From assembly GCA_965153355.1 (NCBI GenBank), contig OZ231126.1:41106001-41170000 (forward strand): a stretch of 64,000 bases of DNA. The letters are read 5' to 3'. Made by a program: the position numbers and the translations under genes. Below the pieces are notes generated by a model. The model had not been told where the DNA came from. It saw only the letters and a program-made list of their open reading frames with translations, and did not search any database. This document shows positions 12,605 through 27,616 of the stretch, one piece after another. Positions within the stretch are counted from its first letter, which is position 1; each line of letters opens with the position of its first letter. The DNA is from Flaccisagitta enflata (taxonomy: Eukaryota).

Positions 12605-13556
12605 TCAAAAAGCGCCATTGTTCTTCTCAAATTTGTAAGAGGGAGGACTGTCAAAAATGGGTTTCCCTTTGATTGAGTTTGGATCGTTGAAGAATTTTAT
12701 CGCCTCAAACTCATCAAAACCGGAATCCCACATACGCAGGTCGCAAATTTTGCCAATGAGCCTCTGGTTTTCAGAAAACCTTCCCCCAATGGAATCTTGG
12801 TCTTGAGCTAAGATCCAATATCCACCCGCTGGCGTTTTCTTGTTAACGCTTTCTGGAATGACTTCTCGATGTAATAACTTCTGATTCTCAAAAATCAATA
12901 AGGTTGTATCTTTTAGCGTCGCGGTGATCCGTATCGGGGTAGAAAGCCTTGGGTTACGATATTCTGACTTGAGCCGTTGACCACCAAAATAGCTAGAAAA
13001 TCCTATGAGCAGTGCATTGTCCCCAACCCCTGAAACCGCGTAAGAAACGAAATGAGGTTTCGGTGTCAATTTCGATTGCCAGACAGTAAAGTCGATGGTA
13101 AAGTCGGAGAAATCGTTTGTAATCAATGGATGTAGCCTAATGTGTGCCTTTGGACTCTTTTCTGGGAATGTGAAGCAATGAGGAAGTCCGGGTCCTAAGA
13201 GGAGTCAACAACGAAGTATACAGTTCTTTTAGTAGTTTCTCTTATTATGAAAAAGATGTTTTGGGAGTTCTAGATTATATGGTTTGAATGATTTGCCCAT
13301 TTCCTTCAAAAATCTATGGCAATGATCTCATAATCCTTCATTTCTTGTCATGGACAGTTGAAGGTCACCGCACATCAGCAATTACAGAGGAATCTTCTTT
13401 GGCAATTACGATAAAAATCTTACCTGAATCATTCACCAGGTCGAAATGGAAAACTTCCGTTGAAATTCCGTGACAGTTCAAAAAATACCTCAGGCAATGA
13501 GCAAAAGAAAAATTTGCCGCCAAAATAGGCAAAATGATAAAAGAGATGCACGACAT
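12605..13556 (-). CDS. Secreted pentraxin-domain protein, copy 2 (intact, ~240 aa); exon 1 13556-13424, exon 2 13194-12605
   Basis: Exon 1 reads MSCISFIILPILAANFSFAHCLRYFLNCHGISTEVFHFDLVNDS(G), a signal-peptide-like start, and ends at the phase-1 donor CAG|GTAAGA. The acceptor CTCTTAG| opens exon 2 in matching phase (GPGLPHCFTFP...). Pentraxin motifs present: FVSYA..GDN, GGYWILAQDQDSIGGRF..NQR, DLRMW. TGA stop. Confidence 0.85.
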
Positions 13557-13891
13557 TGTTTTTTTTCTGTTTTTAGAAAGCAATTGAGTGTTGTGCTATT
13601 CTAAACATGTATTTTGTTCCAGTTTGTCCTTATCCAACTTTTACTTCCCACCATCAAGTGAATGAAAACCTTTGGGAACATGATCTGGCCTGCAAAGGAG
13701 CGCCTCTATAAAAGTCGATGAACATTTTTTGACTTTTAATAAACTAATCATTAGTAATCCTGGCATTTTCTAAATAATTTTTGCACCCTTAAACTTTATT
13801 TGGGGATGAGGAAGGGGGTTACAAATTCATTCTCACGGACACTTGCAAAAGGTCTGTCACCCCAACACATTGTATTAAGTGCAAATTGTCA

Positions 13892-14762
<871 letters not shown>

Positions 14763-15004
14763 GTACAACTTGGAAATGCGAAATTGAGTTACGAAAACGC
14801 GAATTTTCGATCGAGACATCGACCTTCTTCATCCCAACAGGTTTTTTACTCCCTATTGTTATTGTTGTATGAAAAGATACACAAAGACACAAACAAGAAA
14901 AAAACATTGTTTGTAAAATGTTCAAAATGTCAAAAGCTGCTAGTATAATAAATAAATGATTAACCAGGAGAATAGATGCTTTAAAACCCAATAGCAGATA
15001 AATT

Positions 15005-15552
<548 letters not shown>

Positions 15553-16119
15553 TAAATGAACTAAGAATTTTGATTTTTATAATTTAGGCGTGTTGTTTAG
15601 GACAATGTTCAGACCAATGTCTAGACCAACTGTACTTGTTTTTTTGTTACGACAGCGGAAGACGTAACTGATGGTCAGATAGATAACAACCATTATCGAT
15701 TAGCGATTCTTTTCCCGTCTGTTTGCGTTTTAAGATAAACGAGTGCGCAAGTTTGCAGGAACACATGATCTGCATCGCAACCGCACAGCACAAAGCCAAA
15801 CTGCACCGCGAAACATGCCCAGGTATTGATTTTCCGTATCATTCTTCTATTCTATCTATTTGACGAGTTCCATTCCCAAATTTGAGCCAGGTCTGTTTTT
15901 GTTTTAGCTAGGTTGTCGTCCAGCTCGAAGGCTTTCCTGGATATTAGTTGATATTACTTATTTTCGCTTATTTCCTCCTTTCCTCCCGTAACGGCGTAAC
16001 GGACCGGCAGACAGATGGACGAACAGACTGAAGGACAGTCATACCCTCATATAGAGATGCGTACCCGACGGACGCATCTAAAAAGCAAGGAAAAAAAAAC
16101 TTACTATCTGTTTGCCCTT

Positions 16120-17026
<907 letters not shown>

Positions 17027-17524
17027 TTACGTTTGGAGCTGAACTGGATCAACACCAGGAAGGGGCATGTTACCTCCATAAGGCAGAACAACCAATTTTT
17101 TATTCACCATCTTCTAGTTAGACAAGTATAAACCTTACTTTGATTTTCTGGTTTGATCCTTGAAGATCCAATAATGCTTGATATGTCCACTAATCCTGTT
17201 GCATTTTTTCTAAAAATTTCATCCTCATTTAAGTATTTGTTCCCTTAAAGAAAGTATATCCGTTCAATGCACAGTAATCATCCCAGGAATCAGGTCTTTC
17301 AATCGAAATGTTACGTCGTACTTTCTGTTGAGTGTCATCGGTTATTACATACAAGTCATTGCAATTTGTTTGTTAACATTGATGATGTCAACCGACTGGC
17401 ACCACCCAACTAGTATCACCAGATTAGCGACATCAAATCGACAGAACTGCCCCAACCCGACATCACATCATCAAAAAAGACACAATGGCATCACCAATTC
17501 AACGTCCATTTTTGTCCATTTTAT

Positions 17525-17885
17525 CAATCGCCTTTAACGCCGCCCATTTTGTATCTTCCTCCGGCCATTAGGGGACGCCGTTAGCGCCATCAACGTCGGC
17601 GTCGGTGTCGTCTGCGGCGTCGGCAGCGTCACTTTCGGTAGCGGCAGCGTCATCCTCGCCTCGAAAGCGGTTTATTCGCCGCCGGAAGCGCCATATTGTC
17701 AACCGGAAGCGGTAACTTCGGCGAGTCGGCGTCCATCATTGACGTCGCAAATTGACGCCTAAATGGCGCTGGCCGCGACCCAACGACGTGAAAGAGGCTG
17801 CTGGCCGTAGCTAGCCGCGGCTGGCTACGGCTGCTGAGAGCCGCATGGTTGCCGCTAGAGGCCGGGCTGTGTTCGCTGTCGTAGG
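17525..17885. promoter_or_regulatory. CpG-rich patch with promoter-like motifs
   Basis: Two CCGGAAG, several CGCCAT/AAATGGCG and a TGACGTC in an otherwise AT-rich window. Confidence 0.3.
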
Positions 17886-17928
17886 GTGATCATCATGAGA
17901 AACAAAAGACCACAGGCAATGACGCCTG

Positions 17929-18041
<113 letters not shown>

Positions 18042-18150
18042 GCCTTTGACCCTCCCCCCGGCAAACGACGTGGCTTCAGGAACAGAAAACAAACGATCTT
18101 GTGGGCAGAAGATCAAACTAAATATTGGCAACGTAGTTGTAGGTGATCAG

Positions 18151-18224
<74 letters not shown>

Positions 18225-18647
18225 AAGAGAGAGAGAGAGACAAACTGTAAGCTTCACACTGTATGTGACTGTAAGTAGAATAAGAAATTTCCTCAGGCCA
18301 TATCACAAGATTAATCAACTAACCAATCGAAGGTCCAAATCCCTGCTTAAATCCATCTCTAGACTTTAATACCAGCCTTGATACTCAAACTTGATCCTCG
18401 AGGCTCAAATATCAGCCTCAAAGATCAAATCCTTGTCAAATAGCTCCAACATTTGCCTCGGGGCTCAATCTTTGGGGATGCTCCCCTCCTCACCATTAAC
18501 TTACTACCTTCATTAGCAAAGGGGCAACGGCAAGCGCCAACCATCTCACCTTTGTGTGACTGTTACGTGTGTCAATCCACGACTTAAAGTCTTTACGTAA
18601 TTCTGTTTGCTGAAAACCAACTTGCACGGCGTGGACAGTGTTTCTTA

Positions 18648-19347
18648 CAGGGAATACCCCGCAAAGTGACACCAAATAAAACTTCATATTTCAGCTTCTA
18701 GAATTGATAATCCAATTCTGAACAAAAGTTCCTGGAAGATCTTTCAAACCGATTTTGTTTGTTTTAGACTAACAAATTTGGTTTTGGAAAAATAACCTAC
18801 ATGGGAAAAGTGAAATATCCCTAATTTTCCAACGAAATCGCTTTTTTCTCTTAAGAAAACCATTGAGGGTTGCATTCTCTTTCACTACCATGTATCAATG
18901 TTTTGTGAGTTACCCATCATGTTTCTATCAAATTATTACATTTTTCGCAAGGATTTCTTGAGCAAAAATGTTGTTTTTGGCCTTTGATAGGCTAATTTCT
19001 AATTATACATAAATTTACAGCATGGTCATTTTATGTGTTCATAATCTACTTCAAAATATCTTTGATTCCAGCCCAACCCCGGGGTTTTGACTTAATTGGT
19101 TGAGAAATTTCATCAAAATTGACATAACCACTCCAAGACCCCAAAACCAGAAAATGCATGCCTCGCCAATTTTAATGTTTCTTTCTATGCTATAGTACAG
19201 TCGGAGTATTGAATATGTGCTCATTTCCTTTGTACCTCATAAAATCGGTTGAAAGTGCTTTCTGGAACTTTTTGCAGAATTGGATTATCATCTCTAGAAG
19301 CTGAAATATGACGTTTTCTTTGGTGTCACTTTGCGGGGTATTCCCTG
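18648..19347. mobile_element. TA-flanked MITE (Tc1/mariner-type)
   Basis: ~105-bp TIRs CAGGGAATACCCCGCAAAGTGACACCAAA... TA flanks. Confidence 0.88.
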
Positions 19348-19919
19348 TAGTTCCCCCATTCTGTTTCCTTTTCTTTTCACATGGGATCTCTTCGTCTTCG
19401 TCTTCGTCCTCGTTTTTAGTCGTTGGCTAAGCGACTCTATCAGTATATGATGTATACATTCCGAATAAGATTCCATCTTTTCAACAAGGTGTTATTGAAC
19501 GGAATCAAAGGTTTTCCTCATCGGGAGTAGAAATTTAAGAATTTGATTTTATAAAAAGCCGAATATTGAAAGTTCTATTTTTGTGTTTGTGCTAACTCCG
19601 AAAACTACTGTCTACCAAAATAAACCAAATTAGATTATGCATGTTAATCAGGTGAGCCAGTATCATTTTGTCCATGTATTGTTATTGTCAGAATTTTGAT
19701 GATCTTGGAAATGATCATTTGAGATCACTAATGATTCACACAGAATTTTAGTACAAATGAACAGAAACAATAAAAGGCAGCAAAAGGAAGAAAATGATAT
19801 AAAGGTGCAGCTTAGAAACTAATGAAACGGATCAAAGAGGCTGTGTCCGTAGGTATGTTTGTCGGTCGGTAACGCGAAATTTTGGATGACGCGAAATCGA
19901 CAGGAATAATGATTTCTGA

Positions 19920-20097
19920 CCATTACTGCTCATGCCAAGGGGCCATATTTGAGGTCACCAGACCATTTGGGCAGGAGCAGTGAGGTCAAAGAAATAAAAA
20001 CATAAAAAAAAGTAAAGTGTGACCAACCAACCGACCAACCGACCGACCGACCGACGGACAAAGCGGGTTGTAGAGTCGCGTGCACGCGACTAAAAAA
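19920..20097 (-). mobile_element. HINE-like family B, 5' part
   Basis: AGTCGCGTGCACGCGACTAAAA hairpin, (ACCG)n tract, and internal sequence matching 11410-11595. Confidence 0.68.
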
Positions 20098-21166
20098 TAG
20101 TTTCATCAACAGCTAAATTGCTCTGGGTTTGATTACGGTAAACTCACAAAATAGAGCTTGCTAGAATACGACCAAATCACTGTTATGTATCTCTTATCAC
20201 ATATTGTATATCTAGAAGAGTGCGTTTCTGAAATTCCTTACAGAGTAAATGAGATGAGCTCCCAAAAGCCTAGGAATATTTTTTTTGATGCAAAAAACAT
20301 GAAACGAATTCAAAAGAATTGCAGCCAGCGGGCTTCCACTTTTTGGCGTTTCATCGAGAAAACAACTACCATGTCAATAAGGATTTTGAAAAGGTATTTC
20401 TCTCATGAACTGTGCTGGGCATAGCGTAACTTTTACAGAAGCAATTTTTTCAACAAATTGCCCTCATGGAATCACTACCCTCAAAATCATGGTCAACTCA
20501 CAAGTTATGGTCAACCATGATCATATAAGTTAACATAAAAGTTGTCTTTCAAAGTTGTCTTTTAATGTTGTCTTTTAGAGGCGCTAAACTAATTTTTAAC
20601 CCTGGCTTTTGGTTAAGTTACTTTAAGAAATTGAAGTAGCATTGATTATGCTCTGAATTCATCTTTATCTAAAATAGATTAGAAAAATGACTTTTAAAAT
20701 TTCCGACCCAATTGGACATCCCTTTGACTTGTATTGTAGGGGACACTGAAGGGGACCCAAGGAGATCCAAGTGAAAAGCCTCCAGTTCTATCCAAAAGAG
20801 GCGGGAGAAGAAAAAAAAATTAGGATAGAAATTGAACAGAGACAGTGAGAGACAAAGACAGAGAGAGTGACAGACCGAGAGAGGATAGCTTCCATAGATC
20901 ATCCATTTTATTCGCCAAAAACACACCAAGCATTTGCCATGGGGACGAGAAAAAGAATGAGAAATTGAAAGCGATGATGGAAAAAACAGAGTTATCAAGG
21001 AAAGAAAGTATATTGCAGGAATATCCAAAAATAGAGAGGGAGAGACAACATGCTGAGTAGAAACAGAAGTTTATTGGTAATGACTTTAACCACAACAAAA
21101 CAATGGCGATGCAGCAACAACAGCAACTACATCAAGCATGCCGTAAATTCACTGCTTTCACGGCAC

Positions 21167-21397
21167 TAAAAACAAAAAACAAAAGACAAAAAAACAAAAA
21201 ACAAAACAAAACAAAAAAAAAAAAAACAAAAACAAAAAAAAAACAAAACAAAAAAAGAAAAACAAACAAAAAAAATAACAAAAAACAAAAACAAAAACAA
21301 AAACAAAAAACAAAAAAACAAAAAACAAAAAATAAAAAACAAAAGACAAAAGACAAAAGACAAAAGACGAAAGACAAAAAAAACAAAAAACAAAAAA

Positions 21398-21442
<45 letters not shown>

Positions 21443-22037
21443 AAAAACAAAAAAACAAAAAAAAAAAAAAAAAAAGCAAAAAAAAAAAAAAAAAAAAAAC
21501 AAAAAGAAAACAAACAAAAAAACAAAAAACCAAAAAACTAAGTTACAAAAAAAAACAAAAAAAAAAACTAAAACAAAAACAAAAACAAAAACAAACAAAA
21601 AACAAAAAAACCCCCCAAAAAAAAACAAACCAAAAAACCCCCAAGAAAAAACAAAAAAACAAAAAACAAAAAACAAAAAAACAAAAAACAAAAAACAAAA
21701 AACAAAAAACAAAAAACAAAAAACAAAAAAAAAAAAAAAAAAAACAAAAAACAAAAAACAAAAAACAAAAAACAAAAACAAAAAACATAAAAACATAAAA
21801 ACAAAAAAAAAAAAAAAAACAAAAAAAAAAAACAAAAATCAAAAAACAAAAAACAAAAAACAAAAAACAAAAAACAAAAAACAAAAAACAAAAAACAAAA
21901 AACAAAAAACAAAAAACAAAAAACAAAAAAAAAAAGACAAAAGACAAAAGACAAAAAACGAAATATGAAAAATGAGAAAAAAAAACAGAAAAAGAACAAA
22001 AACAAAAACAAAAACAAAAACAAAAACAAAAACAACA
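21167..22037. repeat. ~870-bp irregular (A4-6C)n / poly-A low-complexity tract
   Basis: Directly visible. Confidence 0.95.
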
Positions 22038-22399
22038 ATCAACGACAGCAACATATAAAAGATAAAAAAAGATGTATAGTCAATACAGATGAAGTAGAGG
22101 AATAATGGAAGAATATAGAAATTTGAGTCTGGAATCGAAGTCGATAAAATGATAACCATTTTCATCCGACGGTAAAATGATATAACCATTCCCATCCGCG
22201 ACGATCCAAGCATTAAAAGCATTAAACACATTAAACACATTTTTTTCTTTTTATCACATTTGGCAAAATACAGACGACGATATAAGAAGAGCGAGATCAT
22301 AAAGAAAATTTGGAAAGACCCAATGGGAGAGAAAGAAAAAAAGACATGAAATTTTTTCTTCTCTTTTTAGTTTCTGTCTTTCATGGGTTCATCTCATTT

Positions 22400-22429
22400 T
22401 TTCTCTCTTTTTTTTCTGTTTCATTTTTT

Positions 22430-22505
<76 letters not shown>

Positions 22506-22642
22506 TTCTCTCTCTTTTTTTTTTTAATCTTTTCAACATATTTTCTTTATTTCTTTCTTTTTTTTTCTGTCTCCCTTACTTTCCCTCCTTTCTTTCCTCC
22601 TTTCTTTCCTCCTTTCTTTCTTTCTTTCATTCTTTCTTTCAT

Positions 22643-22718
<76 letters not shown>

Positions 22719-22725
22719 TTTTTTT

Positions 22726-22805
<80 letters not shown>

Positions 22806-22860
22806 TCCTGCATTCTATCTTTTATCTATCCATCTATCTATCTATCTATCGATCTATCTA
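22400..22860. repeat. (TTTC)n and (TATC)n
   Basis: Directly visible. Confidence 0.95.
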
Positions 22861-23268
22861 TGTCGCGGTGCACACGAGCAGCAAGTTTGGCAAGTCATTT
22901 CGCGTGAAATTCTTAATCTGTCTCTGAATGCAAAAATTTGCATTTCTAAGAACATGGCCCTTTTCTTACATGTGTTTAGAATAGGGCCATGTTTTTGAAA
23001 ATGCAAATTTTTGCATTCAGAGACAGATTAAGAATTTCACCCAAAACAAGTCAAGGAATTCTCTTTCTAATTTCCCATTTTTTTACAAGTTTTTTCTTTT
23101 TTTTTTTACTGATTTTGTACTTATAAATGTTTGTCGCTGCAAAAAAATTTTATAATATGCAATAAAAATATAATTTCTTTTTAAAAAATTATAAATTAAT
23201 CACATTGAAATTTTTTTCAAAGATGACTTGACCATGAAAATTGCCCCTTTGTGTGCACCATGACCTAT
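22860..23268. mobile_element. MITE-like element with an internal 137-bp hairpin, inserted in (TATC)n
   Basis: Ends GTCGCGGTGCACAC / GTGTGCACCATGAC. Internal near-perfect inverted repeat 22904-23040. Confidence 0.55.
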
Positions 23269-23411
23269 CTATCTTTCTATCTATCTGTCTCTTTATCTAT
23301 CTGTGCATTCTTTCTATCATTTTCTTTCCTCCCTCCCTTTAGCCAATCGTTTCCCTTTCGGTCTCTCTGCCTGCCACCTGCCTGCCTGCCACCTGCCTGC
23401 CTGCCTGCCTG

Positions 23412-23566
<155 letters not shown>

Positions 23567-23642
23567 CATTTTGACTATTTTTGTCAACTTTTTTTTCTGT
23601 CTGTCCATCTGTCTGTCTGTGTGGGTGTCCGTGTCCGTGTGC

Positions 23643-23723
<81 letters not shown>

Positions 23724-23836
23724 CTTCAATTTTAATCAAAACTGCGGATGGACGGAAACTCGTGAAAAAAAGAATATGGCGCAATAAAAGACTTCGTTGT
23801 CGAAAATAAAAAAAGAGAGTGAGAGATAACGAAAGT

Positions 23837-23894
<58 letters not shown>

Positions 23895-24088
23895 ATGGAC
23901 TGTGCAATTTAATGATGTTCCGATCATGGAAGCGAGGCGTTTTTTACAGGAGGGCGTTAGGTGGAACCACGCAGAGATCTTGAGACGAAACTTGCATTGC
24001 TCTCCCTGTCCGACCAAATGCAACTCTTCCTGTTGCACCATGTTGGCAATGGGTCCGATTGAAACACACAAACACAAACACATACTCA

Positions 24089-24128
<40 letters not shown>

Positions 24129-25065
24129 CACACACACACACACACACACACACTTACACACAAATACACACACAAATATCCATGTTCAACAAAATTCAGC
24201 CATCCATAAGGGGTTTCCGCATTGGGAGAATTATCGAGATATCACATAGGGAATATCTTGGGAATATCTAGATAATGTCCCAAATGCAAAAACCCCTCAT
24301 GTCCATGATTATCCAACCGCACACATGTTCCTGTCTCCGCGGTTAATTCTTTCTGTAGTTTTAACCCCTTACATTTACCGGGTGATCAGCCGGATTTGAG
24401 CAAATGTATGATGCCATTACTCTTAAACTACAGAAGCAAATTAGTTGGGGATGGTCTAGAATTGAAGAGAATTGCTGAACGTTTGCTTATAAAAAAAGAA
24501 ATAGCCCCATGATATTAAAGAAAAAGCCTTCTAAGTTACATATCAATTTAAGTCGATTTGGAAAAGTGCACTATGTTCTGAGAGCGACTCAAAATTGGAC
24601 AAAAATCACCTGAAGGATTTATCATTTTGTAATATTGTAAAATCACATAATAAATATAAAAAATATCATTTTTTTCATTTTTTGTCATTTCTTGTCATTT
24701 CTTGTCATTTTTTGTCATTTTTTGTCATTTTTTGCCATTTTTATGATTTTTGTCATTTTTGTCATTTTTGTCATTTTTTGCCCTTTTCTTGCTTTTTTTG
24801 TCATCTTTTAAAAATACTATCACTTTCATCAAAAAAAAAAATAAAACATTTTTTTTCCATGATAATATTACGAATGACAAAGCTTTTGTCTAGGGAGTTG
24901 CATGTAAGTCTTTAAAGTCTTCTGTAAACGTATTTTTAGTTTTTTTTACCTGTTTAAGCGTTTTTTGATATCTTTAATATTTTTAATATGTTGTCAGGAT
25001 AGCTTGCTTATATATGCTCAATTCTTCAATTTTCAGTTTCTACACCAAGTTTCAAGCTAATCAGT

Positions 25066-25223
25066 AAACAAGGCCGGATACACGGCAATCCAGTTGTGGA
25101 CGGTTGGGCAGGAGCAGTTATTTGAAAACGGCACAGAATACAAAAATATGACGGATGGACGGACCAACATACTGACCTACCGACCAACATGGCAAGGAAT
25201 AGTTGCATGTCCGCGACTAAAAA
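25066..25223 (-). mobile_element. HINE-like family B copy
   Basis: AACAAGGCCGGATACACGGC...GTCCGCGACTAAAA, abutting another AACAAGGCC end. Confidence 0.68.
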
Positions 25224-27204
25224 CAAGGCCAACGCCTAGTCACGAACGGGACATGAATTGCTTAAGCTGACTGTCTTAAAATGTCTTAAAATGTCTTAAA
25301 ATGACTTGAAATGACTTAGAATGACTTAGAATGACTTAGAATGATGTATAATGGCATCTGGGAAGATGCTATGTGCCCAGAAAGTTTAAGAACACCCAAA
25401 AAGTAAAAGCGTGCTCAAATGTCTAAATCCTACATATGTGTGGAGTCCTTCTGTTTAGAGTTTTCCTACCAAGTTTCCAGCAAATTTGTTGAAAAATCGC
25501 AAAGTTATGCATGTATCTCACTCTAGGGTATTAGGCTGATTTGGTCAGTTGGGGTGATTGGATCACAAAATATAGACTAGATGTAAAGCTGTAAAGATGT
25601 AACAGAAAAGATGTAAAGGAAAAAAAAAATAAAAAGAAGTAAAGTAAAGAAAGTAAACCCTTAAACAAATTCTCTGTAAATATGAAGCAAATCAGTCAAA
25701 GGATAAAGAAATTATGTTTTTTTTTTAAATTATTCATAACAACAATATCAAATCAACTCCTTAGATATCGTTTTCATTTTAACATGTGTCTTTGTAGTAG
25801 TTTGTAGATTCTGATTTCTGATTGATGTTTGCATTGTCGCATTTATGTTGACGAATATAAACCCAATAATAATAATAATTGTTATACATTAGTTGATAAT
25901 GTATGATTAATAAATCATGAAATTATTTAAATCTTATATTATTAAATGTTTACTTTAAATTGCATTTCTTCTTTTCAAATAATGATATAGATATTAATTT
26001 TTAGTAAGTAAGTAATAAATATGTCATAATGAGATAATGATTTTTTTCAATCATTTAATTCACTGTTTCCAAACCATGCATATTATAGTGCCAAAGTGCG
26101 TTTGATCAAGAAAGCACTCTACAAGTTAAGACACATTGTAATAATTGTATTTGTGTCATTATGATAAGACCAATCTAATCATCCATTCTTGGACATGAAG
26201 AGGGGGGTATATCGTATTTTGGGTGCTATCAAACCTTAACAAGACCATGTGAAAGACAGATAAGGGAGAGAAAGAGAGGAAGAAATAAAGAGAATAGGAA
26301 AGGTAAAGGAAAGATAGCGAGGAAGAAATAAAGAAAAACTGAAGGCAAAAGGATTTGTTAAAATAGACAGAAGGAAGGCAGACAGAAGGACAAATGTATG
26401 TATGGATGGACAGTAGCTCACTATAAAAACACGCTTTTTCATGGTGAGGCTCTCTATCCAAGGAATCTGGCTCAAAATCATGTATATAGATAGTCCATCA
26501 CAAAAATTTGACCCTGGGGCTTCTCTAAAGTGTGCCCGCCACACCCCTCCTAATGCATACGTGGTGGTGTTGTTTTTTTCACATTGTCATATTTTACTCA
26601 TCTTTGTAAGCTTATATCTCCTTAACGAATAAAGCTAGTGACCTCAATTTGGGCTCATTTTAAAGAGCTTTACTTACTCTTTAGAATGAGCCCAAGTTGA
26701 GATCATTAGCTTTATTCGTTTAGAAGCAGATGTCTTCCAAAGTTGATGTCTTTTGGAGAAAATATTGATTTTTGTCACAATTTAGCTATTATCTCCTGAA
26801 CGAATAAAGCTACTGACCTCAACTTGGGCTCATTTTGGAAAGCTTTACTTACTCTTTAAAATGAGCCCAAGTTGAGATCTGTAACTTTTTTGTTAAGAAG
26901 CAGTTGTCTTACAAAGCTGATGTCTTCAGAACAGTCATTCTTCTCATTAAACTAAAATTGTATAACTTGGCTTTTTTTCTCTACCCTATTATAGTCAGGT
27001 AATGCACTGGCTCATTGGTAATTGCAGTCTACTGTGAGGGTAGATTAATAGATAGATAGTAGGGGTCTGAGACCCATAGAGGGCCCCTAAAGAGCCCACA
27101 TGGCTTCAAAAATGGTAAAAATTCCCCCAATACTGAAAAAAATTCTCTTTTTTCGGCTTTGATGTATCCCAGTTGTACACTGACTTATCAACTATTTCCA
27201 TCTA

Positions 27205-27614
27205 CCACTTGGATAAAAAAAAAAGACGCACCTATCTATTAATTGATAAAATGCATATAAAAATTATTTTTAACTATTTTTTAAAAAAACATTTTGAAAG
27301 ATTTTCAAATTTTCTTTCAATCTAGACCAATCCCAGGTTTGTAGCTCAAACGGTTTGGAAGCAAAAGCCCTGCAAAGAGAAGTACTATTTTGCTAAAATG
27401 CATTTTTACATAGGGATTGCGAAACTAAAATGGGCAATGTTTTTATTCAAACTAATGCCATTTCTAAACGAAAAAAGATAGCATTACCAGATTGGTGCCA
27501 AATGAAAGTACTTTCAAAGGGCTTTCCAATGACCTAAGATTTTACTTAGTTTCCTTAAATATTATAGGTAAAATTTGTCATCCAAAAGTGCGTCTTTTTT
27601 TTTGATCCACATGG
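27205..27614. mobile_element. TA-flanked MITE (Tc1/mariner-type)
   Basis: TIRs CCACTTGGATAAAAAAAAAAGACGCAC / GTGCGTC(T)nGATCCACATGG, with TA on both sides. Confidence 0.75.
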
Positions 27615-27616
27615 TA

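Noticed and set aside
21167..22037. Lys-rich 231-aa ORF or telomere-like tract
   Set aside because: Irregular A/C low complexity, probably with homopolymer errors, and no fixed telomeric unit.
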